Shown here in pieces: positions 13,282 through 27,458 of a stretch of 64,000 nt of DNA (its first letter is position 1; the number at the start of each line of letters is the position of its first letter). The notes under the pieces were generated by a model. That model made no database searches. It was given only the letters and a program-made list of their open reading frames with translations, and was not told the origin of the DNA. The position numbers were made by a program, and so were the translations under genes. Source of the stretch: the human T2T-CHM13v2.0 reference genome, Homo sapiens; the NCBI GenBank assembly GCA_009914755.4, contig CP086569.2:47424001-47488000 (forward strand). Reading direction: 5' to 3'.

Positions 13282-16200
13282 GGAAATCACTCGAATAGAA
13301 TGCAATTTAATAAAATAGGATCAAATGTAATGGAATGGAATGGAAAGGAATCGAAACGAAAGGAATGGAGACAGATGGAATGGAATGGAACAGAGAGCAA
13401 TGGTATAGAATGGAATGGAATCATCTGGAATGGAATTGAATGGAATGGAATAATATGAAATGGAATGGAATGGAATGGAATGGAATGCCCTTGAATTAAA
13501 TGGACTGGAATGGAATGGACTCAAACAGAGTGGAATGGAAAGTGTGGAGATAGAATGGAATGAACTCCTTTGGAATGGACTAGTAGGCAATGCAATCGAC
13601 TGGCAGGGAATCAAAAGGAATGTAATCGAATGGATTGGACTGGAATGCAATGGACTCGAATAGATTGGAAACGGAATGCAAAGAATGGAATGGAATAGTA
13701 TGGAATGGAATGGAAAGGAATGGAGTGGAATAGACTAGAGTGGAATGGAATGGACTGGAAAGCAATGGACTGGAATGGAACTTTCTTGAATGGACTGGAA
13801 TCAAACGGAATGGAATGCAATGCAATCAAATGGCATGGAATAAAATAGAATGAAAGAGAATCAAATGGAATTGAATCGAATGGAATCGAATGGATTGGAA
13901 AGGAATAGAATGGAATGGAATGGAATGGACTCAAATGGAATGGACTAGAATGGAATGGATTCGAATGGAAGGCAAAGGAATGGAATCTATTGGAATGGAC
14001 TGTAATGGAATGGAATGGAAGGGATTGGAATGGACTCGAATGGAATGGACTGCAATAGAAAGGATTCGAATGGAATGAAAAAGAATTGAATGGAATAGAA
14101 CAGAATGGAATCAAATCGAATGAAATGGAATGGAATAGAAAGGAATGGAATGAAATGGAATGGAAAGGATTCGAATGGAATGCAATCGAATGGAATGGAA
14201 TCGAACGGAATGGAATAAAATGGAAGAAAACTGGCAAGAAATGGAATCGAAATGAATGGAGTGTTATGGAACGGACTCAAAAGGAATTGAATGTAATAGA
14301 ATGGAGTGGAGTGGACTCGAATATAATGGACTGGAATGGAATGAAATCACATGGAATGGGAACGAATGGAATGGAATGGAAAGGAATGGAATCGAATGGA
14401 AAGGAATCGAATGGAAGGGAATGAAATTGAATCAACAGGAATGGAAGGGAATAGAATAGACGGTAATGGAATGGACTCGAATAGAATGGACACGAATGCT
14501 CAAATTAAATGGACTCGAATGGAATGGAAACGAAAGGAATGTCATCGAATGGAATTGAATCGATTGGAATGAAATCGCATAGAATGGAGTGGAATCAAAT
14601 GGAATTGAATCGAAAGGAAAGGAAGCGAATGGACTGAAATGAAATGGAATGGAATTGAATGGAAAGTAACGCAATGGAATAGAATGGAACGAAATTTCAC
14701 GGAATGGAATCAAACTGAATGGAATCAAATCAATGGAATCAAATCAAATGGAATGGAAAGGAATTGAATGGAGTAGATGGGATTGGATGGGATTGGAATG
14801 AAATGTACTGGAAAGGACTCGAATTTCATGAAACGGAATGGAATGAATTGGAAAGGAATGGACTCGAATGGAATGGAATGTCATGGGATGGCATCAAATG
14901 GAATGGCATCAAATGGAATGGAATCGAATGCAATGGAATGCTATGGAATGGAATGGAATGCATTGGAATGGAATGTCCTCTAATGGAATGGATTCGAGTG
15001 GAATGGAATTGAATATAATGGAGTCGAATGAAATGGAATTGAAAAGAATGGGATCGAATACAATGGAATATACTGGAATGTAACGTAATGAACTCGAATG
15101 TAATTGACTGGAATGGAATGTACATGAATGGAATGTAATCGAATGGAAAGTAATCCAATGGAATAGAATCTAATGCAATAAAATCGACCCAGATAGAGTA
15201 GAATGTAATGGAATGGAGTGTTGTGCAATGGAATGGAATGGAATGGAATGCAATGGAATGGAATGGAATGGAATGGGATGGAATGGTATGGAATGGATAG
15301 TAATGGACTGGAGTGAAATGGACTGGAAAGGAATGGACTCAAATTGAAAGGGCACGAAAGGAATGGAGTCAAATGGAATGGTCTGGAATGGAATGAACAC
15401 GAATGTAATGCAACCCAATAGAATGGAATCGAATGGCATGGAATATAAAGAAATGGAATCGAAGAGAATGGAAACAAATGGAATGGAATTGAATGGAATG
15501 GGAACGAATGGAGTGAAATTGTATGCAGTAGAAGAGAATAGAATGGAATGCAAGCGAAAGGAAAGGAATGGATTGGAATGGAATGGAATTCATTGGAATG
15601 GAAGGGAATGTAGTGTAATGGACAGGCCTGGAATAAAGTGGAATGCTACGGTCTCGAATGGAATAAAAATGTATGGAATGGAATGCAATGAAACGGAATC
15701 GAATGTCATAGAATGTAATGGAATGCAAAAAAATGGAATCCAAAATCATTGACTGGAAAGGCTGGGTGTCGAAAGGAATTGACTCCAATGGAATGGAATC
15801 GAATGGAATGGAAGTGAATAGAATCGAACTAAATCGAATGGAATGGAATTGATAGGAACGGAATGGAAAGGAATGCAATGATTTGGCATGGAATGGAATC
15901 GAATGGCATCGAATGGAATGGAATGGAATGCAATGGAATGGAATGTATTAGAATGGAATGAACTTTAATGGAATGTACTCGAATGGATTCGACTGGAATG
16001 GAATGTTCTGGAAGTGAATGGACTCCAATGGAATGGATTCAAAAGGAATGGAATCGTACGGAATGGAATCTAATGGAATGGAATTAAATGGAAATGAATC
16101 AAATTGAATAGCACGGAATTGAATTGAATGGAATGGAATGCAATGCAATCTAATGAAACGGAAAGGAAAGGAATGGAATGGAATGGAATGGGCTGGAATG

Positions 16201-16824
16201 GAAAGGAATCGAAACGAATGGAATGGAATCGAACTGAAGAGACTGGAATGGAATGCACTGGAATGGAAGGGAGTGTAATGGAAGGTTGTCGAAAAAAATG
16301 GAATCGAATGGAATGGAATTGAATGGAACGGAATAGAGTCGAATGGAATTGAATGGAATGGAATGGACTAGAGTGAAATGGAATCGAACCACAAGGAATG
16401 GACAGGAATAGAATGGTCTCGAATTGAATGGAATCGTATGGAATGGCATCAAACGGAATGGAATGGACAGCCACGGAATGGAATGCACTCGAATGCAATG
16501 AAGTCGAAACTAACGGACTGGAATAGAATGGACTCGACTGGTACGGACTCCAATGGAATGGAATCGAATGGAAGGGAATCGAACGGAAGGGAATCGAACG
16601 GAATGGACTCGAAGGGAAAAGACTGCAATGGAAAGGTCTCGAATGGAATGGAAATTAATGGAATGGAATGGAATCGAATGAAATGGAGTCAAAAGGAATG
16701 GAATCGAATGGCAAGAAATCGAATGTAATGGAATCGCAAGGAATTGATGTGAACGGAACGGAATGGAATGGAATCCAAAGGAATGGAATAGAATGGAATG
16801 GAATCGAATGGAAAGGACTCGAAT
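13282..16824 (+). repeat. HOR unit U5 (3543 bp), used here as the canonical reference unit
   Basis: Anchor spacing. Near-identical to U6 and to the 5' half of U7. Confidence 0.85.
15586..15628. other. The single EcoRI site (GAATTC, 15586-15591) and single HaeIII site (GGCC, 15625-15628) of unit U5. The same pair recurs once in every unit at about +2.30 and +2.34 kb from the anchor
   Basis: Direct reading: GGAATTCATTGG and GGACAGGCCTGG occur once per HOR copy, at ~1468, 5007, 8569, 12086 and onward. I found no other GGCC or GAATTC within the units I checked. Confidence 0.8.
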
Positions 16825-19800
16825 GGAAATCACTCGAATAGAATGCAATTTAATAAAATAGGATCAAATGTAATGGAATGGAATGGAAAGGAATCGAAAC
16901 GAAAGGAATGGAGACAGATGGAATGGAATGGAACAGAGAGCAATGGTATAGAATGGAATGGAATCATCTGGAATGGAATTGAATGGAATGGAATAATATG
17001 AAATGGAATGGAATGGAATGGAATGGAATGCCCTTGAATTAAATGGACTGGAATGGAATGGACTCAAACAGAGTGGAATGGAAAGTGTGGAGATAGAATG
17101 GAATGAACTCCTTTGGAATGGACTAGTAGGCAATGCAATCGACTGGCAGGGAATCAAAAGGAATGTAATCGAATGGATTGGACTGGAATGCAATGGACTC
17201 GAATAGATTGGAAACGGAATGCAAAGAATGGAATGGAATAGTATGGAATGGAATGGAAAGGAATGGAGTGGAATAGACTAGAGTGGAATGGAATGGACTG
17301 GAAAGCAATGGACTGGAATGGAACTTTCTTGAATGGACTGGAATCAAACGGAATGGAATGCAATGCAATCAAATGGCATGGAATAAAATAGAATGAAAGA
17401 GAATCAAATGGAATTGAATCGAATGGAATCGAATGGATTGGAAAGGAATAGAATGGAATGGAATGGAATGGACTCAAATGGAATGGACTAGAATGGAATG
17501 GATTCGAATGGAAGGCAAAGGAATGGAATCTATTGGAATGGACTGTAATGGAATGGAATGGAAGGGATTGGAATGGACTCGAATGGAATGGACTGCAATA
17601 GAAAGGATTCGAATGGAATGAAAAAGAATTGAATGGAATAGAACAGAATGGAATCAAATCGAATGAAATGGAATGGAATAGAAAGGAATGGAATGAAATG
17701 GAATGGAAAGGATTCGAATGGAATGCAATCGAATGGAATGGAATCGAACGGAATGGAATAAAATGGAAGAAAACTGGCAAGAAATGGAATCGAAATGAAT
17801 GGAGTGTTATGGAACGGACTCAAAAGGAATTGAATGTAATAGAATGGAGTGGAGTGGACTCGAATATAATGGACTGGAATGGAATGAAATCACATGGAAT
17901 GGGAACGAATGGAATGGAATGGAAAGGAATGGAATCGAATGGAAAGGAATCGAATGGAAGGGAATGAAATTGAATCAACAGGAATGGAAGGGAATAGAAT
18001 AGACGGTAATGGAATGGACTCGAATAGAATGGACACGAATGCTCAAATTAAATGGACTCGAATGGAATGGAAACGAAAGGAATGTCATCGAATGGAATTG
18101 AATCGATTGGAATGAAATCGCATAGAATGGAGTGGAATCAAATGGAATTGAATCGAAAGGAAAGGAAGCGAATGGACTGAAATGAAATGGAATGGAATTG
18201 AATGGAAAGTAACGCAATGGAATAGAATGGAACGAAATTTCACGGAATGGAATCAAACTGAATGGAATCAAATCAATGGAATCAAATCAAATGGAATGGA
18301 AAGGAATTGAATGGAGTAGATGGGATTGGATGGGATTGGAATGAAATGTACTGGAAAGGACTCGAATTTCATGAAACGGAATGGAATGAATTGGAAAGGA
18401 ATGGACTCGAATGGAATGGAATGTCATGGGATGGCATCAAATGGAATGGCATCAAATGGAATGGAATCGAATGCAATGGAATGCTATGGAATGGAATGGA
18501 ATGCATTGGAATGGAATGTCCTCTAATGGAATGGATTCGAGTGGAATGGAATTGAATATAATGGAGTCGAATGAAATGGAATTGAAAAGAATGGGATCGA
18601 ATACAATGGAATATACTGGAATGTAACGTAATGAACTCGAATGTAATTGACTGGAATGGAATGTACATGAATGGAATGTAATCGAATGGAAAGTAATCCA
18701 ATGGAATAGAATCTAATGCAATAAAATCGACCCAGATAGAGTAGAATGTAATGGAATGGAGTGTTGTGCAATGGAATGGAATGGAATGGAATGCAATGGA
18801 ATGGAATGGAATGGAATGGGATGGAATGGTATGGAATGGATAGTAATGGACTGGAGTTAAATGGACTGGAAAGGAATGGACTCAAATTGAAAGGGCACGA
18901 AAGGAATGGAGTCAAATGGAATGGTCTGGAATGGAATGAACACGAATGTAATGCAACCCAATAGAATGGAATCGAATGGCATGGAATATAAAGAAATGGA
19001 ATCGAAGAGAATGGAAACAAATGGAATGGAATTGAATGGAATGGGAACGAATGGAGTGAAATTGTATGCAGTAGAAGAGAATAGAATGGAATGCAAGCGA
19101 AAGGAAAGGAATGGATTGGAATGGAATGGAATTCATTGGAATGGAAGGGAATGTAGTGTAATGGACAGGCCTGGAATAAAGTGGAATGCTACGGTCTCGA
19201 ATGGAATAAAAATGTATGGAATGGAATGCAATGAAACGGAATCGAATGTCATAGAATGTAATGGAATGCAAAAAAATGGAATCCAAAATCATTGACTGGA
19301 AAGGCTGGGTGTCGAAAGGAATTGACTCCAATGGAATGGAATCGAATGGAATGGAAGTGAATAGAATCGAACTAAATCGAATGGAATGGAATTGATAGGA
19401 ACGGAATGGAAAGGAATGCAATGATTTGGCATGGAATGGAATCGAATGGCATCGAATGGAATGGAATGGAATGCAATGGAATGGAATGTATTAGAATGGA
19501 ATGAACTTTAATGGAATGTACTCGAATGGATTCGACTGGAATGGAATGTTCTGGAAGTGAATGGACTCCAATGGAATGGATTCAAAAGGAATGGAATCGT
19601 ACGGAATGGAATCTAATGGAATGGAATTAAATGGAAATGAATCAAATTGAATAGCACGGAATTGAATTGAATGGAATGGAATGCAATGCAATCTAATGAA
19701 ACGGAAAGGAAAGGAATGGAATGGAATGGAATGGGCTGGAATGGAAAGGAATCGAAACGAATGGAATGGAATCGAACTGAAGAGACTGGAATGGAATGCA

Positions 19801-20367
19801 CTGGAATGGAAGGGAGTGTAATGGAAGGTTCTCGAAAAAAATGGAATCGAATGGAATGGAATTGAATGGAACGGAATAGAGTCGAATGGAATTGAATGGA
19901 ATGGAATGGACTAGAGTGAAATGGAATCGAACCACAAGGAATGGACAGGAATAGAATGGTCTCGAATTGAATGGAATCGTATGGAATGGCATCAAACGGA
20001 ATGGAATGGACAGCCACGGAATGGAATGCACTCGAATGCAATGAAGTCGAAACTAACGGACTGGAATAGAATGGACTCGACTGGTACGGACTCCAATGGA
20101 ATGGAATCGAATGGAAGGGAATCGAACGGAAGGGAATCGAACGGAATGGACTCGAAGGGAAAAGACTGCAATGGAAAGGTCTCGAATGGAATGGAAATTA
20201 ATGGAATGGAATGGAATCGAATGAAATGGAGTCAAAAGGAATGGAATCGAATGGCAAGAAATCGAATGTAATGGAATCGCAAGGAATTGATGTGAACGGA
20301 ACGGAATGGAATGGAATCCAAAGGAATGGAATAGAATGGAATGGAATCGAATGGAAAGGACTCGAAT
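16825..20367 (+). repeat. HOR unit U6 (3543 bp)
   Basis: Anchor spacing. The ORF-track peptides from U5 and U6 are identical over long stretches, which implies DNA identity above 99.5 percent. Confidence 0.85.
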
Positions 20368-23300
20368 GGAAATCACTCGAATAGAATGCAATTTAATAAA
20401 ATAGGATCAAATGTAATGGAATGGAATGGAAAGGAATCGAAACGAAAGGAATGGAGACAGATGGAATGGAATGGAACAGAGAGCAATGGTATAGAATGGA
20501 ATGGAATCATCTGGAATGGAATTGAATGGAATGGAATAATATGAAATGGAATGGAATGGAATGGAATGGAATGCCCTTGAATTAAATGGACTGGAATGGA
20601 ATGGACTCAAACAGAGTGGAATGGAAAGTGTGGAGATAGAATGGAATGAACTCCTTTGGAACGGACTAGTAGGCAATGCAATCGACTGGCAGGGAATCAA
20701 AAGGAATGTAATCGAATGGATTGGACTGGAATGCAATGGACTCGAATAGATTGGAAACGGAATGCAAAGAATGGAATGGAATAGTATGGAATGGAATGGA
20801 AAGGAATGGAGTGGAATAGACTAGAGTGGAATGGAATGGACTGGAAAGCAATGGACTGGAATGGAACTTTCTTGAATGGACTGGAATCAAACGGAATGGA
20901 ATGCAATGCAATCAAATGGCATGGAATAAAATAGAATGAAAGAGAATCAAATGGAATTGAATCGAATGGAATCGAATGGATTGGAAAGGAATAGAATGGA
21001 ATGGAATGGAATGGACTCAAATGGAATGGACTAGAATGGAATGGATTCGAATGGAAGGCAAAGGAATGGAATCTATTGGAATGGACTGTAATGGAATGGA
21101 ATGGAAGGGATTGGAATGGACTCGAATGGAATGGACTGCAATAGAAAGGATTCGAATGGAATGAAAAAGAATTGAATGGAATAGAACAGAATGGAATCAA
21201 ATCGAATGAAATGGAATGGAATAGAAAGGAATGGAATGAAATGGAATGGAAAGGATTCGAATGGAATGCAATCGAATGGAATGGAATCGAACGGAATGGA
21301 ATAAAATGGAAGAAAACTGGCAAGAAATGGAATCGAAATGAATGGAGTGTTATGGAACGGACTCAAAAGGAATTGAATGTAATAGAATGGAGTGGAGTGG
21401 ACTCGAATATAATGGACTGGAATGGAATGAAATCACATGGAATGGGAACGAATGGAATGGAATGGAAAGGAATGGAATCGAATGGAAAGGAATCGAATGG
21501 AAGGGAATGAAATTGAATCAACAGGAATGGAAGGGAATAGAATAGACGGTAATGGAATGGACTCGAATAGAATGGACACGAATGCTCAAATTAAATGGAC
21601 TCGAATGGAATGGAAACGAAAGGAATGTCATCGAATGGAATTGAATCGATTGGAATGAAATCGCATAGAATGGAGTGGAATCAAATGGAATTGAATCGAA
21701 AGGAAAGGAAGCGAATGGACTGAAATGAAATGGAATGGAATTGAATGGAAAGTAACGCAATGGAATAGAATGGAACGAAATTTCACGGAATGGAATCAAA
21801 CTGAATGGAATCAAATCAATGGAATCAAATCAAATGGAATGGAAAGGAATTGAATGGAGTAGATGGGATTGGATGGGATTGGAATGAAATGTACTGGAAA
21901 GGACTCGAATTTCATGAAACGGAATGGAATGAATTGGAAAGGAATGGACTCGAATGGAATGGAATGTCATGGGATGGCATCAAATGGAATGGCATCAAAT
22001 GGAATGGAATCGAATGCAATGGAATGCTATGGAATGGAATGGAATGCATTGGAATGGAATGTCCTCTAATGGAATGGATTCGAGTGGAATGGAATTGAAT
22101 ATAATGGAGTCGAATGAAATGGAATTGAAAGGAATGGGATCGAATACAATGGAATATACTGGAATGTAACGTAATGAACTCGAATGTAATTGACTGGAAT
22201 GGAATGTACATGAATGGAATGTAATCGAATGGAAAGTAATCCAATGGAATAGAATCTAATGCAATAAAATCGACTCAGATAGAGTAGAATGTAATGGAAT
22301 GGAGTGCAGTGCAATGGAATGGAATGGAATGGAATGCAATGGAATGGAATGGAATGGAATGGAATGGAATGGAATGGAATGGGATGGAATGGTATGGAAT
22401 GGATAGTAATGGACTGGAGTGAAATGGACTGGAAAGGAATGGACTCAAATTGAAAGGTCTCGAAAGGAATGGAGTCAAATGGAATGGTCTGGAATGGAAT
22501 GAACACGAATGTAATGCAACCCAATAGAATGGAATCGAATGGCATGGAATATAAAGAAATGGAATCGAAGAGAATGGAAACAAATGGAATGGAATTGAAT
22601 GGAATGGAATTGAATGGAATGGGAACGAATGGAGTGAAATTGTATGCAGTAGAAGAGAATAGAATGGAATGCAAGCGAAAGGAAAGGAATGGATTGGAAT
22701 GGAATGGAATTCATTGGAATGGAAGGGAATGTAGTGTAATGGACAGGCCTGGAATAAAGTGGAATGCTACGGTCTCGAATGGAATAAAAATGTATGGAAT
22801 GGAATGCAATGAAACGGAATCGAATGTCATAGAATGTAATGGAATGCAAAAAAATGGAATCCAAAATCATTGACTGGAAAGGCTGGGTGTCGAAAGGAAT
22901 TGACTCCAATGGAATGGAATCGAATGGAATGGAAGTGAATAGAATCGAACTAAATCGAATGGAATGGAATTGATAGGAACGGAATGGAAAGGAATGCAAT
23001 GATTTGGCATGGAATGGAATCGAATGGCATCGAATGGAATGGAATGGAATGCAATGGAATGGAATGTATTAGAATGGAATGAACTTTAATGGAATGTACT
23101 CGAATGGATTCGACTGGAATGGAATGTTCTGGAAGTGAATGGACTCCAATGGAATGGATTCAAAAGGAATGGAATCGTACGGAATGGAATCTAATGGAAT
23201 GGAATTAAATGGAAATGAATCAAATTGAATAGCACGGAATTGAATTGAATGGAATGGAATGCAAGGGAATCTAATGAAACGGAAAGGAAAGGAATGGAAT

Positions 23301-23945
23301 GGAATGGAATGGGCTGGAATGGAAAGGAATCGAAACGAATGGAATGGAATCGAACTGAAGAGACTGGAATGGAATGCACTGGAATGGAAGGGAGTGTAAT
23401 GGAAGGTTCTCGAAAAAAATGGAATCGAATGGAATGGAATTGAATGGAACGGAATAGAGTCGAATGGAATTGAATGGAATGGAATGGACTAGAGTGAAAT
23501 GGAATCGAACCACAAGGAATGGACAGGAATAGAATGGTCTCGAATTGAATGGAATCGTATGGAATGGCATCAAACGGAATGGAATGGACAGCCACGGAAT
23601 GGAATGCACTCGAATGCAATGGAGTCGAAACTAATGGACTGGAATAGAATGGACTCGACTGGTACGGACTCCAATGGAATGGAATCGAATGGAAGGGAAT
23701 CGAACGGAAGGGAATCGAACGGAATGGACTCGAAGGGAAAAGACTGCAATGGAAAGGTCTCGAATGGAATGGAAATTAATGGAATGGAATGGCATCGAAT
23801 GAAATGGAGTCAAAAGGAATGGAATCGAATGGCAAGAAATGGAATGTAATGGAATCGCCAGGAATTGATGTGAACGGAGCGGAATGGAATGGAATCCAAA
23901 GGAATGGAATAGAATGGAATGGAATCGAATGGAAAGGACTCGAAT
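20368..23945 (+). repeat. HOR unit U7 (3578 bp). 5' part like U5/U6, 3' part of a different subtype
   Basis: Anchor spacing. The region ~22250-22620 has GACTCAGATAG...GAGTGCAGTGCAATGG, a longer (GGAAT)n tract and an extra AATGGAATTGAATGG, as in U1-type units rather than U5/U6. Confidence 0.8.
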
Positions 23946-26900
23946 GGAAATCACTCGAATAGAATGCAATTTAATAAAATAGGATCAAATGTAATGGAAT
24001 GGAATGGAAAGGAATCGAAACGAAAGGAATGGAGACAGATGGAATGGAATGGAACAGAGAGCAATGGTATAGAATGGAATGGAATCATCTGGAATGGAAT
24101 TGAATGGAATGGAATGGAATGCCCTTGAATTAAATGGACTGGAATGGAATGGACTCAAACAGAGTGGAATGGAAAGTGTTGAGATAGAATGGAATGAACT
24201 CCTTTGGAATGGTCTAGTAGGCAATGCAATCGACTGGCAGGGAATCAAAAGGAATGTAATCGAATGGATTGGACTGGAATGCAATGGACTCGAATAGATT
24301 GGAAACGGAATGCAAAGGAATGGAATGGAATAGTATGGAATGGAATGGAAAGGAATGGAGTGGAATAGACTAGAGTGGAATGGAATGGACTGGAAAGCAA
24401 TGGACTGGAATGGAACTTTCTTGAATGGACTGGAATCAAACGGAATGGAATGCAATGCAATCAAATGGCATGGAATAAAATAGAATGAAAGAGAATCAAA
24501 TGGAATTGAATCGAATGGAATCGAATGGATTGGAAAGGAACAGAACGGAATGGAATGGAATTGACTCAAATGGAATGGACTAGAATGGAATGGATTCGAA
24601 TGGAAGACAAAGGAATGGAATCTGTTGGAATGGACTGTAATGGAATGGAATGGAAGGGATTGGAATGGACTCGAATGGAATGGACTGCAATAGAAAGGAT
24701 TCGAATGGAATGAAAAAGAATTGAATGGAATAGAACAGAATGGAATCAAATCGAATGAAATGGAATGGAATAGAAAGGAATGGAATGAAATGGAATGAAA
24801 AGGATTCCAATGGAATGCAGTCGAATGGAATGGAATCGAACGGAATGGAATAAAATGGAAGAAAACTGGCAATAAATGGAATCGAAATGAATGGAGTGTT
24901 ATGGAACGGACTCAAAAGGAATTGAATGTAATAGAATGGAGTGGAGTGGACTCGAATATAATGGACTGGAATGGAATGAAATCACATGGAATGGGAACGA
25001 ATGGAATGGAATGGAAAGGAATGGAATCGAATGGAAAGGAATCGAATGGAGGGAATGAAATTGAATCAACAGGAATGGAAGGGAATAGAATAGACGGTAA
25101 TGGAATGGACTCGAATAGAATGGACACGAATGCTCAAATTGAATGGACTCGAATGGAATGGAAACGAAAGGAATGTCATCGAATGGAATTGAATCGATTG
25201 GAATGAAATCGCATAGAATGGAGTGGAATCAAATGGAATTGAATCGAAAGGAAAGGAAGCGAATGGACTGAAATGAAATGGAATGGAATTGAATGGAAAG
25301 TAATGCAATGGAATAGAATGGAACGAAATTTCACGGAATGGAATCAAACTGAATGGAATCAAATCAATGGAATCAAATCAAATGGAATGGAAAGGAATTG
25401 AATGGAGTAGATTGGATTGGATGGGATTGGAATGAAATGTACTGGAAAGGACTCGAATTTCATGAAACGGAATGGAATGAATTGGAACGGAATGGACTCG
25501 AATGGAATGGAATGTCATGGGATGGCATCAAATGGAATGGCATCAAATGGAATGGAATCGAATGCAATGGAATGCTATGGAATGGAATGGAATGCATTGG
25601 AATGGAATGTCCTCTAATGGAATGGATTCGAGTGGAATGGAATTGAATATAATGGAGTCGAATGAAATGGAATTGAAAAGAATGGGATCGAATACAATGG
25701 AATATACTGGAATGTAACGTAATGAACTCGAATGTAATTGACTGGAATGGAATGTACATGAATGGAATGTAATCGAATGGAAAGTAATCCAATGGAATAG
25801 AATCTAATGCAATAAAATCGACTCAGATAGAGTAGAATGTAATGGAATGGAGTGTTGTGCAATGGAATGGAATGGAATGGAATGCAATGGAATGGAATGG
25901 AATGGAATGGGATGGAATGGTATGGAATGGATAGTAATGGACTGGAGTGAAATGGACTGGAAAGGAATGGACTCAAATTGAAAGGGCACGAAAGGAATGG
26001 AGTCAAATGGAATGGTCTGGAATGGAATGAACACGAATGTAATGCAACCCAATAGAATGGAATCGAATGGCATGGAATATAAAGAAATGGAATCGAAGAG
26101 AATGGAAACAAATGGAATGGAATTGAATGGAATGTGAACGAATGGAGTGAAATTGTATGCAGTAGAAGAGAATAGAATGGAATGCAAGCGAAAGGAAAGG
26201 AATGGATTGGAATGGAATGGAATTCATTGGAATGGAAGGGAATGTAGTGTAATGGACAGGCCTGGAATAAAGTGGAATGCTACGGTCTCGAATGGAATAA
26301 AAATGTATGGAATGGAATGCAATGAAACGGAATCGAATGTCATAGAATGTAATGGAATGCAAAAAAATGGAATCCAAAATCATTGACTGGAAAGGCTGGG
26401 TGTCGAAAGGAATTGACTCCAATGGAATGGAATCGAATGGAATGGAAGTGAATAGAATCGAACTAAATCGAATGGAATGGAATTGATAGGAACGGAATGG
26501 AAAGGAATGCAATGATTTGGCATGGAATGGAATCGAATGGCATCGAATGGAATGGAATGGAATGCAATGGAATGGAATGTATTAGAATGGAATGAACTTT
26601 AATGGAATGTACTCGAATGGATTCGACTGGAATGGAATGTTCTGGAAGTGAATGGACTCCAATGGAATGGATTCAAAAGGAATGGAATCGTACGGAATGG
26701 AATCTAATGGAATGGAATTAAATGGAAATGAATCAAATTGAATAGCACGGAATTGAATTGAATGGAATGGAATGCAAGGGAATCTAATGAAACGGAAAGG
26801 AAAGGAATGGAATGGAATGGAATGGGCTGGAATGGAAAGGAATCGAAACGAATGGAATGGAATCGAACTGAAGAGACTGGAATGGAATGCACTGGAATGG

Positions 26901-27458
26901 AAGGGAGTGTAATGGAAGGTTCTCGAAAAAAATGGAATCGAATGGAATGCAATTGAATGGAACGGAGTAGAGCCGAATGCAATTGAATGGAATGGAATGG
27001 ACTAGAGTGAAATGGAATCGAACCACAAGGAATGGACAGGAATAGAATGGTCTCGAATTGAATGGAATCGTATGGAATGGCATCAAACGGAATGGAATGG
27101 ACAGCCACGGAATGGAATGCACTCGAATGCAATGGAGTCGAATCTAATGGACTGGAATAGAATGGACTCGACTGGTACGGACTCCAATGGAATGGAATCG
27201 AATGGAAGGGAATCGAACGGAAGGGAATCGAATGGAATGGACTCGAAGGGAAAAGACTGTAATGGAAAGGTCTCGAATGGAATGGAAATTAATGGAATGG
27301 AATGGAATCGAATGAAATGGAGGCAAAAGGAATGGAATCGAATGGCAAGAAATCGAATGTAATGGAATCGCAAGGAATTGATGTGAACGGAACGGAATGG
27401 AATGGAATCCAAAGGAATGGAATAGAATGGAATGGAATCGAATGGAAAGGACTCGAAT
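23946..27458 (+). repeat. HOR unit U8 (3513 bp), same subtype as U4
   Basis: Anchor spacing. Shares the 15-bp AATAATATGAAATGG deletion (~24105-24125) and the GTCTAGTAGGCAATGC variant with U4. The ORF-track peptides of U4 and U8 are nearly identical. Confidence 0.85.

Noticed and set aside
13491-13520. AATAAA hexamers as polyadenylation signals, and unit-start AT-rich motifs as promoters
   Set aside because: AATAAA arises trivially from GGAAT variants (GGAATAAAATGG) many times per unit. Without transcript evidence it cannot be called a regulatory site.
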